From IMG/VR virus record IMGVR_UViG_3300002835_000011: a stretch of 64,000 bases of DNA; one strand, given 5' to 3'. Source of the stretch: an uncultured virus (IMG/VR IMGVR_UViG_3300002835_000011) (taxonomy: Duplodnaviria > Heunggongvirae > Uroviricota > Caudoviricetes). Of this stretch, positions 28,299-38,465 are shown one piece after another (position 1 is the stretch's first letter; every line of letters starts with the position of its first letter). A model generated the notes under the pieces. It ran no database searches, was not told the DNA's origin, and worked only from the letters and a program-made list of their open reading frames with translations. A program made the position numbers and the translations under genes.

Positions 28299-30230
28299 AT
28301 GAAACCACTAAGATTAATAGGCTTCCTATTAGCAATCTTTGCTACAAACTTTAATTTATTTGCTCAATCTGGTCCACCAGCACCTTCAACAGGAATATGG
28401 GCAATAATAGACACCAACTACACTGTTGGTACAACCACACAAGGTTTTACGACCGCAAGAATTACTTCTAAGAACACTACACTTTCAAAATATACAGGTG
28501 TACAATTTAGAGTATTCTACGATAAAATAGCATTCACCAATGCTACCGTATCTCTTCTAGGATCTCCTACGAATTTAGATTTTCAATACATAACTAACGC
28601 AGCAAATGGTTACATCACCATGACCTTAGTTTATACGGGATCTAGTTCAACGTATACGCTACCCGATGGAGAGAGATTCGAAATTAATTTCACTCATGCT
28701 GCTTCATCAGTGTTTAATAACTTAGCAACTATCACACCATTAGCTTGGTCTGTTGTTCCGGCAGCTAACCCCTTCCAACAATATGCAGCTACTCAGGAAG
28801 GAGCAGACACAACACTAAATCTACACAACTACGGAGGTAACTTTATATTTCAGAATTTCGATTACCACGGAACATTTACCAACGTAACTGGAACACCTGC
28901 TAAGAACTTAACTTTAGCTCTACAAAGAAGACCATTAGGTGGTAACGTATGGTCACAACATTCAACTTATGTTACTGATATAAACGGTGACTTCGCTATA
29001 TCTGTACCATTAGATACTACTTATTGGGACGTGAGATTAGCAATACAAGGAGATTCAATGGCAGTAGGTAACGTTATTTCGACTGCAGATGCACAATTAA
29101 TTAATCAATGGGTACTAGGTAACGGTACGATGACAGGATTTGATTATTATGCAGCAGATGTTAACGAATCAGATAATGTAACTATTACTGACGCATACGG
29201 AGTATTCGGTAGAATTTCAGGAAGATTCGCAGTATGGCCTAACAATACGAAGGATGTTAAATTCTTTACACAATCCGAATATAACACTATTAACGGATCA
29301 GCAACTAACTATACATCATCAATAGCCGGAGCAACTAACTTTACATTTGAGATATTACCTGGACAACCAGATTCAGTTGTTTACTACGTAGTCGTACCAG
29401 GTGATGCTAACGGTACTGGTTATCATATGGCTCGTGTAACTCCAATTGAAGTAATAGTTGGTCCTGCACCAGGTCTTGAAAATCAAATATACAACGTAAT
29501 AGACACTAAGGTAGAATACGACTTTCCTACAGAATCAGTAGAGGTTAACGTTCCTCACATTTCAGTACAAGAGGGGAACTTAGTAAATGTACCAGTAAAG
29601 GTATTAACCAACGGAAAGGAATTAAACTCCCTTCAATTTGGATTAAAATATAACTCAGATATACTTTCATTCAAGGGAATTTACTCAACATCTTCAGTAA
29701 TGGAATGGCTTACTTATGTCAATCCAAACGACGGAGAAGTAGATTGGGGTGGATATGACATAACTAACAATCAGAAGACGCTAAAAGATGGCGACGAAGT
29801 TATAACCCTACAATTCGTAGCACTACAACCACAAAATCAATGGGATGAGAGTCCTTTATATACCACTAGAAAATTTGCAGGTAACGCATCGAATTACAAG
29901 GACTTAACATTAACGCCAACAAACGGAATTCTTCAGGTATTAAAGATATCTAACGGACAAATAATAGATGCAAACTCTATGCTAGTCTACCCTAATCCAT
30001 TCGAAGAGGAAGTTACTATAACATTTAGCCTATCAGAAACTTCTAATGCTACATTATACATATCAGATTTACAGGGAAGAAAACTAGCTACAATATTAAC
30101 TGGTCAAGTACCAAACGGACAATTTTCATACTATACAGATCTTGGTAAATTAGAATCGGGATTATATTTCGTAACTCTAACCACTGAGAACGGAAACACT
30201 ATAGTAGAAAAGATAGCCAAAATAAAATAA
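28299..30230 (+). CDS. Secreted cohesin/dockerin protein with T9SS C-terminal sorting domain
   Basis: Signal peptide; cohesin-like GVQFRVFYD and SLQFGLKYN; dockerin-like ADVNESDNVTITDA; CTD VYPNP...GLYFVTL...VEKIAKIK. Confidence 0.8.
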   Translation: MKPLRLIGFLLAIFATNFNLFAQSGPPAPSTGIWAIIDTNYTVGTTTQGFTTARITSKNTTLSKYTGVQFRVFYDKIAFTNATVSLLGSPTNLDFQYITNAANGYITMTLVYTGSSSTYTLPDGERFEINFTHAASSVFNNLATITPLAWSVVPAANPFQQYAATQEGADTTLNLHNYGGNFIFQNFDYHGTFTNVTGTPAKNLTLALQRRPLGGNVWSQHSTYVTDINGDFAISVPLDTTYWDVRLAIQGDSMAVGNVISTADAQLINQWVLGNGTMTGFDYYAADVNESDNVTITDAYGVFGRISGRFAVWPNNTKDVKFFTQSEYNTINGSATNYTSSIAGATNFTFEILPGQPDSVVYYVVVPGDANGTGYHMARVTPIEVIVGPAPGLENQIYNVIDTKVEYDFPTESVEVNVPHISVQEGNLVNVPVKVLTNGKELNSLQFGLKYNSDILSFKGIYSTSSVMEWLTYVNPNDGEVDWGGYDITNNQKTLKDGDEVITLQFVALQPQNQWDESPLYTTRKFAGNASNYKDLTLTPTNGILQVLKISNGQIIDANSMLVYPNPFEEEVTITFSLSETSNATLYISDLQGRKLATILTGQVPNGQFSYYTDLGKLESGLYFVTLTTENGNTIVEKIAKIK

Positions 30231-30234
30231 AAAA

Positions 30235-30576
30235 ATGAGCGAAGAAACAAATGCACCAGAGACCAATGACGGAACTTGGTCAGGATTAAAGAAGACAATC
30301 ATCGGAACGTTAACTACAGTAATTGCAGGTGGCGGAGTATGGGTAAGTACTATAATTTTCGGTGGCGGTAGTGAGGACAGTGAAGAAACTAAAACTGAAC
30401 AAGCTGCTCCAGCACAGCAACCGGTTATTAACTTAAACGTACAACAAAACCAAGAAAACAAGCAAAAGACTGAAAATAACGGAGGTGGTACAGTAATTAG
30501 AGAAAGAGTTATTGAAAAACCTGCAGCAACACAAGAGCCTGCTAAACCTAAAAAAGAGGAAGAGGAATCTTGGTAA
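30235..30576 (+). CDS. Single-TM protein with low-complexity tail
   Basis: TIIGTLTTVIAGGGVWV segment. Confidence 0.7.
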   Translation: MSEETNAPETNDGTWSGLKKTIIGTLTTVIAGGGVWVSTIIFGGGSEDSEETKTEQAAPAQQPVINLNVQQNQENKQKTENNGGGTVIRERVIEKPAATQEPAKPKKEEEESW

Positions 30577-30598
30577 CTAAATAAAATAAAACAAACAA

Positions 30599-31216
30599 AT
30601 GAGAAACATTTTCAACACAAAAAGCGAGTACGTTAAGGTAGAAGACAAAAACAGATTCTATTATATGCTTCAACAAATGCAAGCTAATAGATGGAGAATT
30701 ACAGCGATCGTGCTAGGATTATTTTTCTTTATCATTCTTGGAATAAACGCAGGAGTTTTTATAGGAACAACTGTTAACGAGGATTGGAAAGAAATGCTAC
30801 TTATCCTTTTAGGTGCCTTTGTAGGTAACTTAAATAAAGTGGTGGATTACTGGTTCAATTCTGAGGATAGAGATAAGATGCTTATCCAGAAAGTTGACGA
30901 GGAAGATGGCGTAGCACTTTCTAACGTATCTGAGCCTTCCCCTGAAAAAAAAACTAAAGTAACAGAGGAAGTTTACGAAGAGCCTGTAGTAGAATATCCT
31001 GCTCCAGTAGAAGAAGCTATAGTCGAAGAATTTCAAAAAGCTGAAGTTGACGAAGACGGTGACGGAGTAAATGATGGATATGATACTGACGGAGATGGAG
31101 ACATTGACGAATATTTCGAACACAGAAACTGCGAGCACATTTGGGGAGACGCAGATGGTGACGGTTTCGAAGAATGTCAAACTTGCGGATTACTAAGAAG
31201 CCAAATAGAAGAATAA
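30599..31216 (+). CDS. Two-TM membrane protein with DxDGDG repeats and a Cys/His tail
   Basis: Two hydrophobic helices; DEDGDG, DTDGDG and CEH.WGDADGDG..EC..C. Confidence 0.7.
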   Translation: MRNIFNTKSEYVKVEDKNRFYYMLQQMQANRWRITAIVLGLFFFIILGINAGVFIGTTVNEDWKEMLLILLGAFVGNLNKVVDYWFNSEDRDKMLIQKVDEEDGVALSNVSEPSPEKKTKVTEEVYEEPVVEYPAPVEEAIVEEFQKAEVDEDGDGVNDGYDTDGDGDIDEYFEHRNCEHIWGDADGDGFEECQTCGLLRSQIEE

Positions 31217-31218
31217 GA

Positions 31219-31959
31219 ATGAAAAATCTAATAATCATAATATCTATATTAAGTTTATTCAGTTGTAAAACTCTGAACGCCCAACCCCCTCAAGGAGGGG
31301 GAATTGGGTCTGTTAAAACGGAACAGTACGTTGCAGATTTCGAAAAAAAGCAATCAATAGATTCTGTTGCGGACTATGACGGAGAAATACAGGTCCCAAT
31401 ACAATTACTGAAAATAGGTATTAATGAGGAGCTATATGAATTATACCCAGAGTTAAAAGACAAAAGGGTAGGTCTAGGGGTTACAAACATAGTAATTGAA
31501 TATCTAGAATACACTAATAGATTTATCTTTACGGAGGAAAAAGAGGAGATCAAGCAAAGAATGATAGCCCAGGATAAAGCTTCCGACAAGGGAGTATCAT
31601 CTAATAAGATAGAAGTAAAGGGAAATGTTGTCCTAGCTAAATACTTTGTTTATATAGAGGTTTACGACTTTAGCGTGTCAGAAGACGAGATAGTAAAAGT
31701 GAACGGACAGCAAACGGTCAACCAGACAACTAGATTAGGACTTCAAATCAAATTTGTAGATGCTGAAACAAGCCAAGTTATCGTTGGATCAGGTTTAGGT
31801 GAAGCTGTAACCATTAAAACTTCCTCAATATTGGGTGATATTAGCGATGAAGTAAAATTCAATCAGTCAACAGTAGGTATATCCACTAAAAAAGCATTGG
31901 AAACTGCCTCATCTAGGGTCGTTACTAGGTTAATATCTAAAGGAATATTCCCAAGGTGA
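31219..31959 (+). CDS. CsgG-like lipoprotein
   Basis: LSLFSC lipobox; TNRF...E, VYDFS and LQIKFVDAETSQVI pattern of the CsgG/HfaB family. Confidence 0.72.
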   Translation: MKNLIIIISILSLFSCKTLNAQPPQGGGIGSVKTEQYVADFEKKQSIDSVADYDGEIQVPIQLLKIGINEELYELYPELKDKRVGLGVTNIVIEYLEYTNRFIFTEEKEEIKQRMIAQDKASDKGVSSNKIEVKGNVVLAKYFVYIEVYDFSVSEDEIVKVNGQQTVNQTTRLGLQIKFVDAETSQVIVGSGLGEAVTIKTSSILGDISDEVKFNQSTVGISTKKALETASSRVVTRLISKGIFPR

Positions 31960-33728
31960 AAATAAAAAATTACATACTAGTATTTTTTTTTGTTCTTGGG
32001 TTTTTTAGTGTAAAAGCTCAGACCTATAACTATTCATACACAGATCCATGTACAGGAAATATTAAAAATATAATTGTGCCTATTAACGGATCTGTTACAG
32101 TAGGTTATTATGGATTTGTACAAAACTTTACATCGCAAGATTTTTACAATGGTAATTTTGAAATATGGGCTAATGACATCTTCACACAATATGACGGATC
32201 TCCGTGTTCTGAAATAATTGGACTTGGCGGTCAAATAAACATAGCTCAGGATGTTGCCCTAAATACCGTAGGGATAATTAATTCATTATCCTCACTTATG
32301 GATATCTCTAATGGGGCTACTGACTTTTTAAGTGGGACTTTAACTGCAGCTTCTAACTCTTCCAATACGGGTAAAAAAAACTCAGATAAAAAGAATAACA
32401 ATACCGCCTCATCAGGTAATCAAGAAAATAACAATCCAGGATCATCTGGAAATAACAATACGGAAAATAATACAACAGGTAACACAAACGTAAATACAAA
32501 CCAGACTAATACGAACAATTCAGAAATAGGTACTAATAATTCCGTATCAAATAACCAAGAAAATGGAACAAGTAACACTAATGGAGGAAATCAAACCTCT
32601 TCTGGAACAAATGAAGCATCTCCAAACACTGGAGGAGCTGGATCCGCTAATACAAATGTTGGAGCTCAAGGTGAAACACCAGCAGGAGGCACTACAACTC
32701 AAAATGGATCAAATGAAAACGGAAATTCATCGACTTTGCCGACTATAAATAATCAAACCACTAACACCAATGGAAACAACGTCAACAATTCTACCAGCAG
32801 TAATAATAGTAGTACTGGTGGTAATGGGTCTAATGGGATTAATAACAACAGCTCGGGAAATAATCAAGAACCGGGACAAGAAGTAGGTAATTCTCCCAAT
32901 AGCGGTACAAATACTAGCGATCCTAATAGTGGATCAGGAAATACATCCTCACAAAATGGATCTCCGAATGGAAATGGAAATTCGCCAAATTCGGAAGAGA
33001 CACAGTCGCAAACAGAAGAGCAGGGAGGGCAAACTAATATTACTCAGGGAGCAACAAAAACAGTAAATCAAAATAGGGATGGTGGAAAACCAACCGTTAT
33101 AGCATCCAGTGACTTTGTTGGATTTAACTTTCAGAACTCAGAAGTTAGAACTGGATTAAAGCTTACTGGGGGATATCACAACATGAGGTGGGATGGTGCA
33201 ACTGCCAGAGGTGGATTAATGGATTATGTTTCTGCACAAAGAGGTCCAAATATAACTGGATATCATGCGTGGATTAACAAAAAAAGCGTAGGACTTCTAT
33301 CTGGTACATTATCAATAGGATTTGAGGGAAGAGGGTCTCTATACGGAACTATAGCAGGAGGACAGATGTTTATGTTCCCAAAAGTACCACATTTAAAAGC
33401 TGTATATATGGCGACAGTATCTTATGGCCAGGTATATAAAACTCCTTTTATAGGATCGGCTTTAATTGCAGGGGGAATGTATGATCTTAAATTTGGTAAA
33501 AGAATAGATGTAAAGCTAATGTCACTTTTCGTTTATTCACCTTACGTAAGCTATTATAACGATCTGGTTTTAAAGTCACCATATGTTATTCTGCCAAGTT
33601 TAGGAACGAATATAAATATAACTAAGAGATTTAAATTTAATATAAATGCGGGGGGAGCTTGGGCTATAAAGGTGAACACTTTAAATTATACAATAACATG
33701 TGGAACAAGATTATTAGTTGGGCAATAG
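31956..33728 (+). CDS. Secreted protein with Asn/Ser/Gly-rich linker and a probable C-terminal outer-membrane beta-barrel
   Basis: Signal peptide, long N-rich region, alternating amphipathic strands ending YTITCGTRLL. Confidence 0.65.
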   Translation: MKIKNYILVFFFVLGFFSVKAQTYNYSYTDPCTGNIKNIIVPINGSVTVGYYGFVQNFTSQDFYNGNFEIWANDIFTQYDGSPCSEIIGLGGQINIAQDVALNTVGIINSLSSLMDISNGATDFLSGTLTAASNSSNTGKKNSDKKNNNTASSGNQENNNPGSSGNNNTENNTTGNTNVNTNQTNTNNSEIGTNNSVSNNQENGTSNTNGGNQTSSGTNEASPNTGGAGSANTNVGAQGETPAGGTTTQNGSNENGNSSTLPTINNQTTNTNGNNVNNSTSSNNSSTGGNGSNGINNNSSGNNQEPGQEVGNSPNSGTNTSDPNSGSGNTSSQNGSPNGNGNSPNSEETQSQTEEQGGQTNITQGATKTVNQNRDGGKPTVIASSDFVGFNFQNSEVRTGLKLTGGYHNMRWDGATARGGLMDYVSAQRGPNITGYHAWINKKSVGLLSGTLSIGFEGRGSLYGTIAGGQMFMFPKVPHLKAVYMATVSYGQVYKTPFIGSALIAGGMYDLKFGKRIDVKLMSLFVYSPYVSYYNDLVLKSPYVILPSLGTNINITKRFKFNINAGGAWAIKVNTLNYTITCGTRLLVGQ

Positions 33729-35374
33729 TATTGTTTTCCGTGTTCCAAATACACGCACAAAACTTTACATATTCGGGCTACATATACAATGCAGATGGTA
33801 CAGGAGCAGTGAACGTACCTGTCAAATTATACAAAAGAACCACCCCGGTTATGAATGGCTTTACGTCACAAACTAACTACAACGGACATTCATATTATAG
33901 ATCAACAGGTTCAATGTTCTGGACGAATGCTAAAGCTGCATGCGAGGGCATGAACGGTCACTTAGCAACAATATCAAATCTGGCAGAAAGGACTTTCCTT
34001 TATAATACTTGGCCATCAGGCTGGATTGGATATTATCAGGATAAAACCGGAGCTTTTTATACAGAGCCTTTAGGTGGATGGAGATGGACAGAAAATTACG
34101 TAACTGCCGGAAGAGTGAGTAACTACGATGTCGCTAATTATGTTGCGGGTCCAACATTGCCTGATTCTGGTAACGGAAATAACATGTCACTCACAAACTC
34201 ACCGGTTTATACGAGCGGAGGGGGTAAATACCTTACATTCAACGGGGTCAATACTTACGGAATTACTCCTGGATTAACAAATTACTTCGGCTTATCTAAA
34301 GTAATTACACTTATTGCTTGGGTTTATCCAACAGGAAACGGTGTAATAGCTAGTGAGCTAGGTGTTCAATCCCCTTCATCTGGATGGCATGAATCTGTCA
34401 TGGAAATTACTGGAGGAAATACGCTCAGAGTTGGATTTTGGAATGGCTTAGGAATTACGCAGTTATCTACACCAATTACGCTCAATCAATGGACAATGAT
34501 TGCTGTCACATATAACGGAACAACTATGACAGGTTACAAGAACGGTGTAAGTTTTGGATCTGTTAGCTTTGTTAGACTAGCTCCTCACACAGACGGAGGG
34601 GGAAATCAAGTATTTGCTCTTGGATTAAGTGATTTTACAAACATGGGACACGGAGGCTATGGATCTTTTAGATTAGGTGCTTTTCAGGTCTACAATACAT
34701 GTCTATCAACGGACGAGATTGATAGATGTTATATGTCCCTATCTTATAGATTTGGTTTAAATCCATATCTTTCTTGGAACGGCGGGGAACCTAATAATTC
34801 GGGAAGTGAAGATTATGCACAGTTTGTTGGTGGAGGTTTATGGAATGACTTACCCAACGGTGTATCTCTTCCATATGTTTTAGAGTTTGATTATATTGTC
34901 ACATATACGCCGTGGGTTTTGCATCAGACTGTTTATACCAATTCATCCGGATATTGGAACTTTACCGTGTCCACCAATCCATCGATAGAATGGTACATCC
35001 AGCTTGACCAGACAACACCAGTTACTCAGCTAAGCGTATCCGACATGGTAGAAGTTTCTAAAATAGTCCTAGGTATAACATCAAGGAAAAGCATCCATTA
35101 CAACAGATATGACGTTAATAACGATGGAAGAATAACGGTGGCAGATGAAAGCTACATCAATTTAAGAAGAAATAATTTTATGGGGGGATGGATAAACACT
35201 CCACCCGCTAGATACTATACTACAGCGCAGTATAGCACACTTAATAGCAATACAGCGGATCTAAGAATAACTATACCTGGTGTTAATTCAATAACTATAA
35301 ACTCTCCAGTAAGCGGAGGATCAGTAAATTATTATCTAATAGCACCAGCTTATAAATCAACAGTAAATTATTAA
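33698..35374 (+). CDS. Secreted C-type lectin / LamG / dockerin protein
   Basis: Signal peptide MWNKIISW..; YNGHSYY..W..AK..C..GHLATI, WNGGEPNN, WNDL; LamG-like insert; YDVNNDGRITVAD. Confidence 0.8.
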   Translation: MWNKIISWAIVLFSVFQIHAQNFTYSGYIYNADGTGAVNVPVKLYKRTTPVMNGFTSQTNYNGHSYYRSTGSMFWTNAKAACEGMNGHLATISNLAERTFLYNTWPSGWIGYYQDKTGAFYTEPLGGWRWTENYVTAGRVSNYDVANYVAGPTLPDSGNGNNMSLTNSPVYTSGGGKYLTFNGVNTYGITPGLTNYFGLSKVITLIAWVYPTGNGVIASELGVQSPSSGWHESVMEITGGNTLRVGFWNGLGITQLSTPITLNQWTMIAVTYNGTTMTGYKNGVSFGSVSFVRLAPHTDGGGNQVFALGLSDFTNMGHGGYGSFRLGAFQVYNTCLSTDEIDRCYMSLSYRFGLNPYLSWNGGEPNNSGSEDYAQFVGGGLWNDLPNGVSLPYVLEFDYIVTYTPWVLHQTVYTNSSGYWNFTVSTNPSIEWYIQLDQTTPVTQLSVSDMVEVSKIVLGITSRKSIHYNRYDVNNDGRITVADESYINLRRNNFMGGWINTPPARYYTTAQYSTLNSNTADLRITIPGVNSITINSPVSGGSVNYYLIAPAYKSTVNY

Positions 35375-35375
35375 T

Positions 35376-35966
35376 ATGAAAAAACTACTACTACCATTAA
35401 TCTTTATCTCACCACTATTTGTATTTTCGCAAAAGTCACTAAGGGATTCAATTTACATCAAAACAGACATGTTTGAAATTGTATACTCGGAAAAATTACA
35501 GCAACCCAAATTTATCAGATATACCGTACAATGTCCAAACGGAACTGCACCAAGAACTGGCATGGACTTTTATGTTTGCGATTCAATAGTAACGTCAGAT
35601 CACAAAGACTATGAGAGTAATCCATACGACAAAGGACACCTTGCTCCTGCTGCAGATTTTAACTGTACAAAAGAAAAATTATATAATACCTTTACATATT
35701 TGAATTGTTCCCTACAGCAAGAGAACCTAAATAGGACTACGTGGAGATTGTTAGAAGTTAGAGAAAGAGAATTGGCAAAAACAAATAAAGAAGTTATTGT
35801 CGAGATCAGATGTATATTTTCTAGTAAATCTGTTGTACTCCCAACTGGAGCAACTATACCTGATGGATACATTAAAACTATAAAATACGGAAATAAGGTC
35901 GAAAGATATTACTTCAAAAATGAAAAACCCATATCTACAGACTATAATAAATATCTAATCAAATGA
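35376..35966 (+). CDS. Secreted DNA/RNA non-specific endonuclease
   Basis: Signal peptide; YDKGHLAPAADF and N...Q...LNR..W..LE. Confidence 0.92.
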   Translation: MKKLLLPLIFISPLFVFSQKSLRDSIYIKTDMFEIVYSEKLQQPKFIRYTVQCPNGTAPRTGMDFYVCDSIVTSDHKDYESNPYDKGHLAPAADFNCTKEKLYNTFTYLNCSLQQENLNRTTWRLLEVRERELAKTNKEVIVEIRCIFSSKSVVLPTGATIPDGYIKTIKYGNKVERYYFKNEKPISTDYNKYLIK

Positions 35967-36415
35967 AAAATATAATCCTAATTCTAATTTCAATAGTATT
36001 TTGTATAAATGCTAATGCCCAGCAATGTGTGTATGTAGATTCGGTTTACAATACAGCAAAATTAAAAGAGATGGGAAATCGAGATATACGATTTGGTATA
36101 AGACAAATAGTAGAAGACGAACTCTCTGAAAGGTTCTGCTTGTCCGAAGATGGAAAGGATATAGATGTTGAAGTTTTTTACTTTGGTTTACCTAAAACAA
36201 CTATAAGAGTTGTTGGAATAGAAAAAACAGAATCCGTAACACAAGTTGGTATTAAATTATACTACGACGGTAAATGTTACGAGGGGATTGGGGAATCTGA
36301 AACTGAAATAAGAGCAATTATGATCGAGGTGAAAGAGGGAATGTTACCTTTTGAAAAAATGACAGTATCATCAGCACTTAAAAAAGCAATACATGAAGCA
36401 GTAATAAAGATATGA
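35963..36415 (+). CDS. Secreted protein, possibly a compact CsgG-like fold
   Basis: Signal peptide; FGIRQIVE, GIGES and VSSALKKA resemble LGVTNIVIE, GLGEA and STKKA in 31219..31959. Confidence 0.55.
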   Translation: MKNIILILISIVFCINANAQQCVYVDSVYNTAKLKEMGNRDIRFGIRQIVEDELSERFCLSEDGKDIDVEVFYFGLPKTTIRVVGIEKTESVTQVGIKLYYDGKCYEGIGESETEIRAIMIEVKEGMLPFEKMTVSSALKKAIHEAVIKI

Positions 36416-36864
36416 TAAGAAGCTCTCTCTTTATAATTTTTATATTTATAACAAATTCTATCTTGTCACAAATAAGAGTAGCAGACGTCGGTGATGGATG
36501 GAAAAACAAGGTCGACAGTGCAATATCTATTATAAAAAAATACGACTTAGAAAAATACAATGTACTTTTAGAGTCTTGCACAGATATCGGATACTGGAAC
36601 GGATCATTCTCTACTACGGAGGGAGATTCTATGATAACCATAGCAGTTAATGATATAAAAAATCCTAATATTTATAACATCGCAGCTATACTTGTACATG
36701 AATCGATGCACCTCTATATCAAGCAACTATATTCTAAGTTAGATCCCAATAAGGAAGAGGCTCTTTGCTATAAGTATGAGCTTAATTTTCTAATGAAAAT
36801 ACCAGGTGTAGATCCTTGGCTAGTATCTAATGCTGTAAAGATGATAGAGTACTACGAGAAATAA
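36412..36864 (+). CDS. Secreted HExxH putative metallopeptidase
   Basis: Signal peptide; AILVHESMH...EEALCY. Confidence 0.7.
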   Translation: MIRSSLFIIFIFITNSILSQIRVADVGDGWKNKVDSAISIIKKYDLEKYNVLLESCTDIGYWNGSFSTTEGDSMITIAVNDIKNPNIYNIAAILVHESMHLYIKQLYSKLDPNKEEALCYKYELNFLMKIPGVDPWLVSNAVKMIEYYEK

Positions 36865-37175
36865 ATCTTCTCCGGATATTTACCAAAAACAAATTCAGTT
36901 ACATAACAAAGCCAAATAGTAGATGGTCCGTGCCACGCATCATTATTATAATATCCAGGAGTAGATTCCGTATGATCGTACGTCAGTGTCTTAGCTCCGT
37001 CAAATGGTTCATCGCTAAATGTTACGTAGCAATAGTCTGAATTATTGGATAATATTTCCAAAAGTATATCTGCACCCATAACCATTTCGAGATCATCCTT
37101 ATCTCCTTCCCATTCAGGAAGATCTACAAACCATTTTCCGTCTTCCTCTTTATAGAATTTAAATCTTCTTGTCAT
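36852..37175 (-). CDS. Conserved hypothetical protein (DUF6717-like)
   Basis: WFVDLPEW, LEMV.GAD and WLC.VT.FVFG.YP..IY. Confidence 0.65.
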   Translation of the reverse strand: MTRRFKFYKEEDGKWFVDLPEWEGDKDDLEMVMGADILLEILSNNSDYCYVTFSDEPFDGAKTLTYDHTESTPGYYNNDAWHGPSTIWLCYVTEFVFGKYPEKIYFS

Positions 37176-37990
37176 TCTTGTATATCTAATACTAAGACAT
37201 CATCGCAATCGTCCCATAGACAATCTACTAAGTAGTGTGTAACTTCACCACACACAATATCCTTTACCATTCTCTGTGGAGTGTGCCCTACTATCTGATT
37301 AACTCCTTCCAGAGGAAATTCATTCAAGATCATAGGTCTAACCCAGAAAGGTCCTGCCCATAAGTTATAACCACCGCTGTGTGCATCGACGTTAAATATG
37401 TTATCAACTCTAAGCTCGAACAAATCATTTAGGAATTTTTCCAGATCATCTGGATCGAAATCCTTAGTTATTTCATAATGTCTATATTTTGGATTAAGAA
37501 TATCCTTATGTGTATCTTTTAGCCATCTATCAGTAACTCCTGCGTGCGTCCATAAATACTTGATTCCAGTGTTATCCTTAACTAAATGAGCAGCCTTGAA
37601 ACACTCTTTATTTTCGGTAAAGATCTGATAAAGATCTGGCTGCATTTCTGCCCTATATCCACTACATATCTCATTAGGAACAAAATATTGTATATCGTGA
37701 TTTCCTAGTAAGAGCACAACTTTATCTGGTAATGCTTTTTTAAAGAAAAGTATTTTTTTAAGATTATCTAAGATTACCACATTGCTAAGGTCATAGCTAT
37801 CGACGTAATCACCCACAAATATTATCTTGTCATACTGTGTATATGGCATTTCTTTCCATAATTCTTCATTATCTGCAGGAGCACCATTTTCAACAGCAGT
37901 CATCCAAAAATTAAATTCATATGGGCTTCCGTGCGTGTGGAACATCCACCTATCACGGCCATGAACATCGCCAATAGTTAATATCTTCAT
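37172..37990 (-). CDS. Metallophosphoesterase
   Basis: GDVHG, GDYVD, GNHD, THAG and GHT. Confidence 0.92.
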   Translation of the reverse strand: MKILTIGDVHGRDRWMFHTHGSPYEFNFWMTAVENGAPADNEELWKEMPYTQYDKIIFVGDYVDSYDLSNVVILDNLKKILFFKKALPDKVVLLLGNHDIQYFVPNEICSGYRAEMQPDLYQIFTENKECFKAAHLVKDNTGIKYLWTHAGVTDRWLKDTHKDILNPKYRHYEITKDFDPDDLEKFLNDLFELRVDNIFNVDAHSGGYNLWAGPFWVRPMILNEFPLEGVNQIVGHTPQRMVKDIVCGEVTHYLVDCLWDDCDDVLVLDIQE

Positions 37991-38030
37991 ATCATAAAGA
38001 TAGAATTATATATTTTAATAAAAAATAGAT

Positions 38031-38465
38031 TTATTTCTTTTTGTGATATCTGCAGGATCTACACAAATTATAGATCCAGTTTTTTCCTATAGTTCGAACC
38101 TTTTGTTGGCTACCACATCTTTCACAAGTAGCAAAACACTGATCCTCTGATATTTCTATTATTTTTTCTATCTCCGGACCAAAATATCCGTATATTCGAA
38201 GGGTAGCAAACTTATCCTTTATATCAGTTACCATTTGTCCCTTAGTGAGTTTTTTTCTCACCCTATACCAAAAATTACTTTTAATTCTTACAATGCTATC
38301 CCCAGTAGCCCAATAGTGAATTTTCCTTTTAATAAAAAGAGGAATCCATCGAGGCCACATTTCTCTTTCGATATCTTTTATGGCATTTTCCACTATAGAT
38401 ACCCAACCTTTGGGAACATTTGGATAAGAATACCCAACGTGTCTATATTTCTTCCACACTTCCAT
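38031..38465 (-). CDS. Conserved phage protein with C-terminal Zn ribbon
   Basis: GW, IKDKFATLRIY and CERCG...LC..C. Confidence 0.7.
   Translation of the reverse strand: MEVWKKYRHVGYSYPNVPKGWVSIVENAIKDIEREMWPRWIPLFIKRKIHYWATGDSIVRIKSNFWYRVRKKLTKGQMVTDIKDKFATLRIYGYFGPEIEKIIEISEDQCFATCERCGSQQKVRTIGKNWIYNLCRSCRYHKKK

Noticed and set aside
32380..33060. Asn/Gly/Ser-rich low-complexity DNA as a repeat array or curlin subunit
   Set aside because: There is no regular period or curlin repeat pattern; it reads as a disordered linker.
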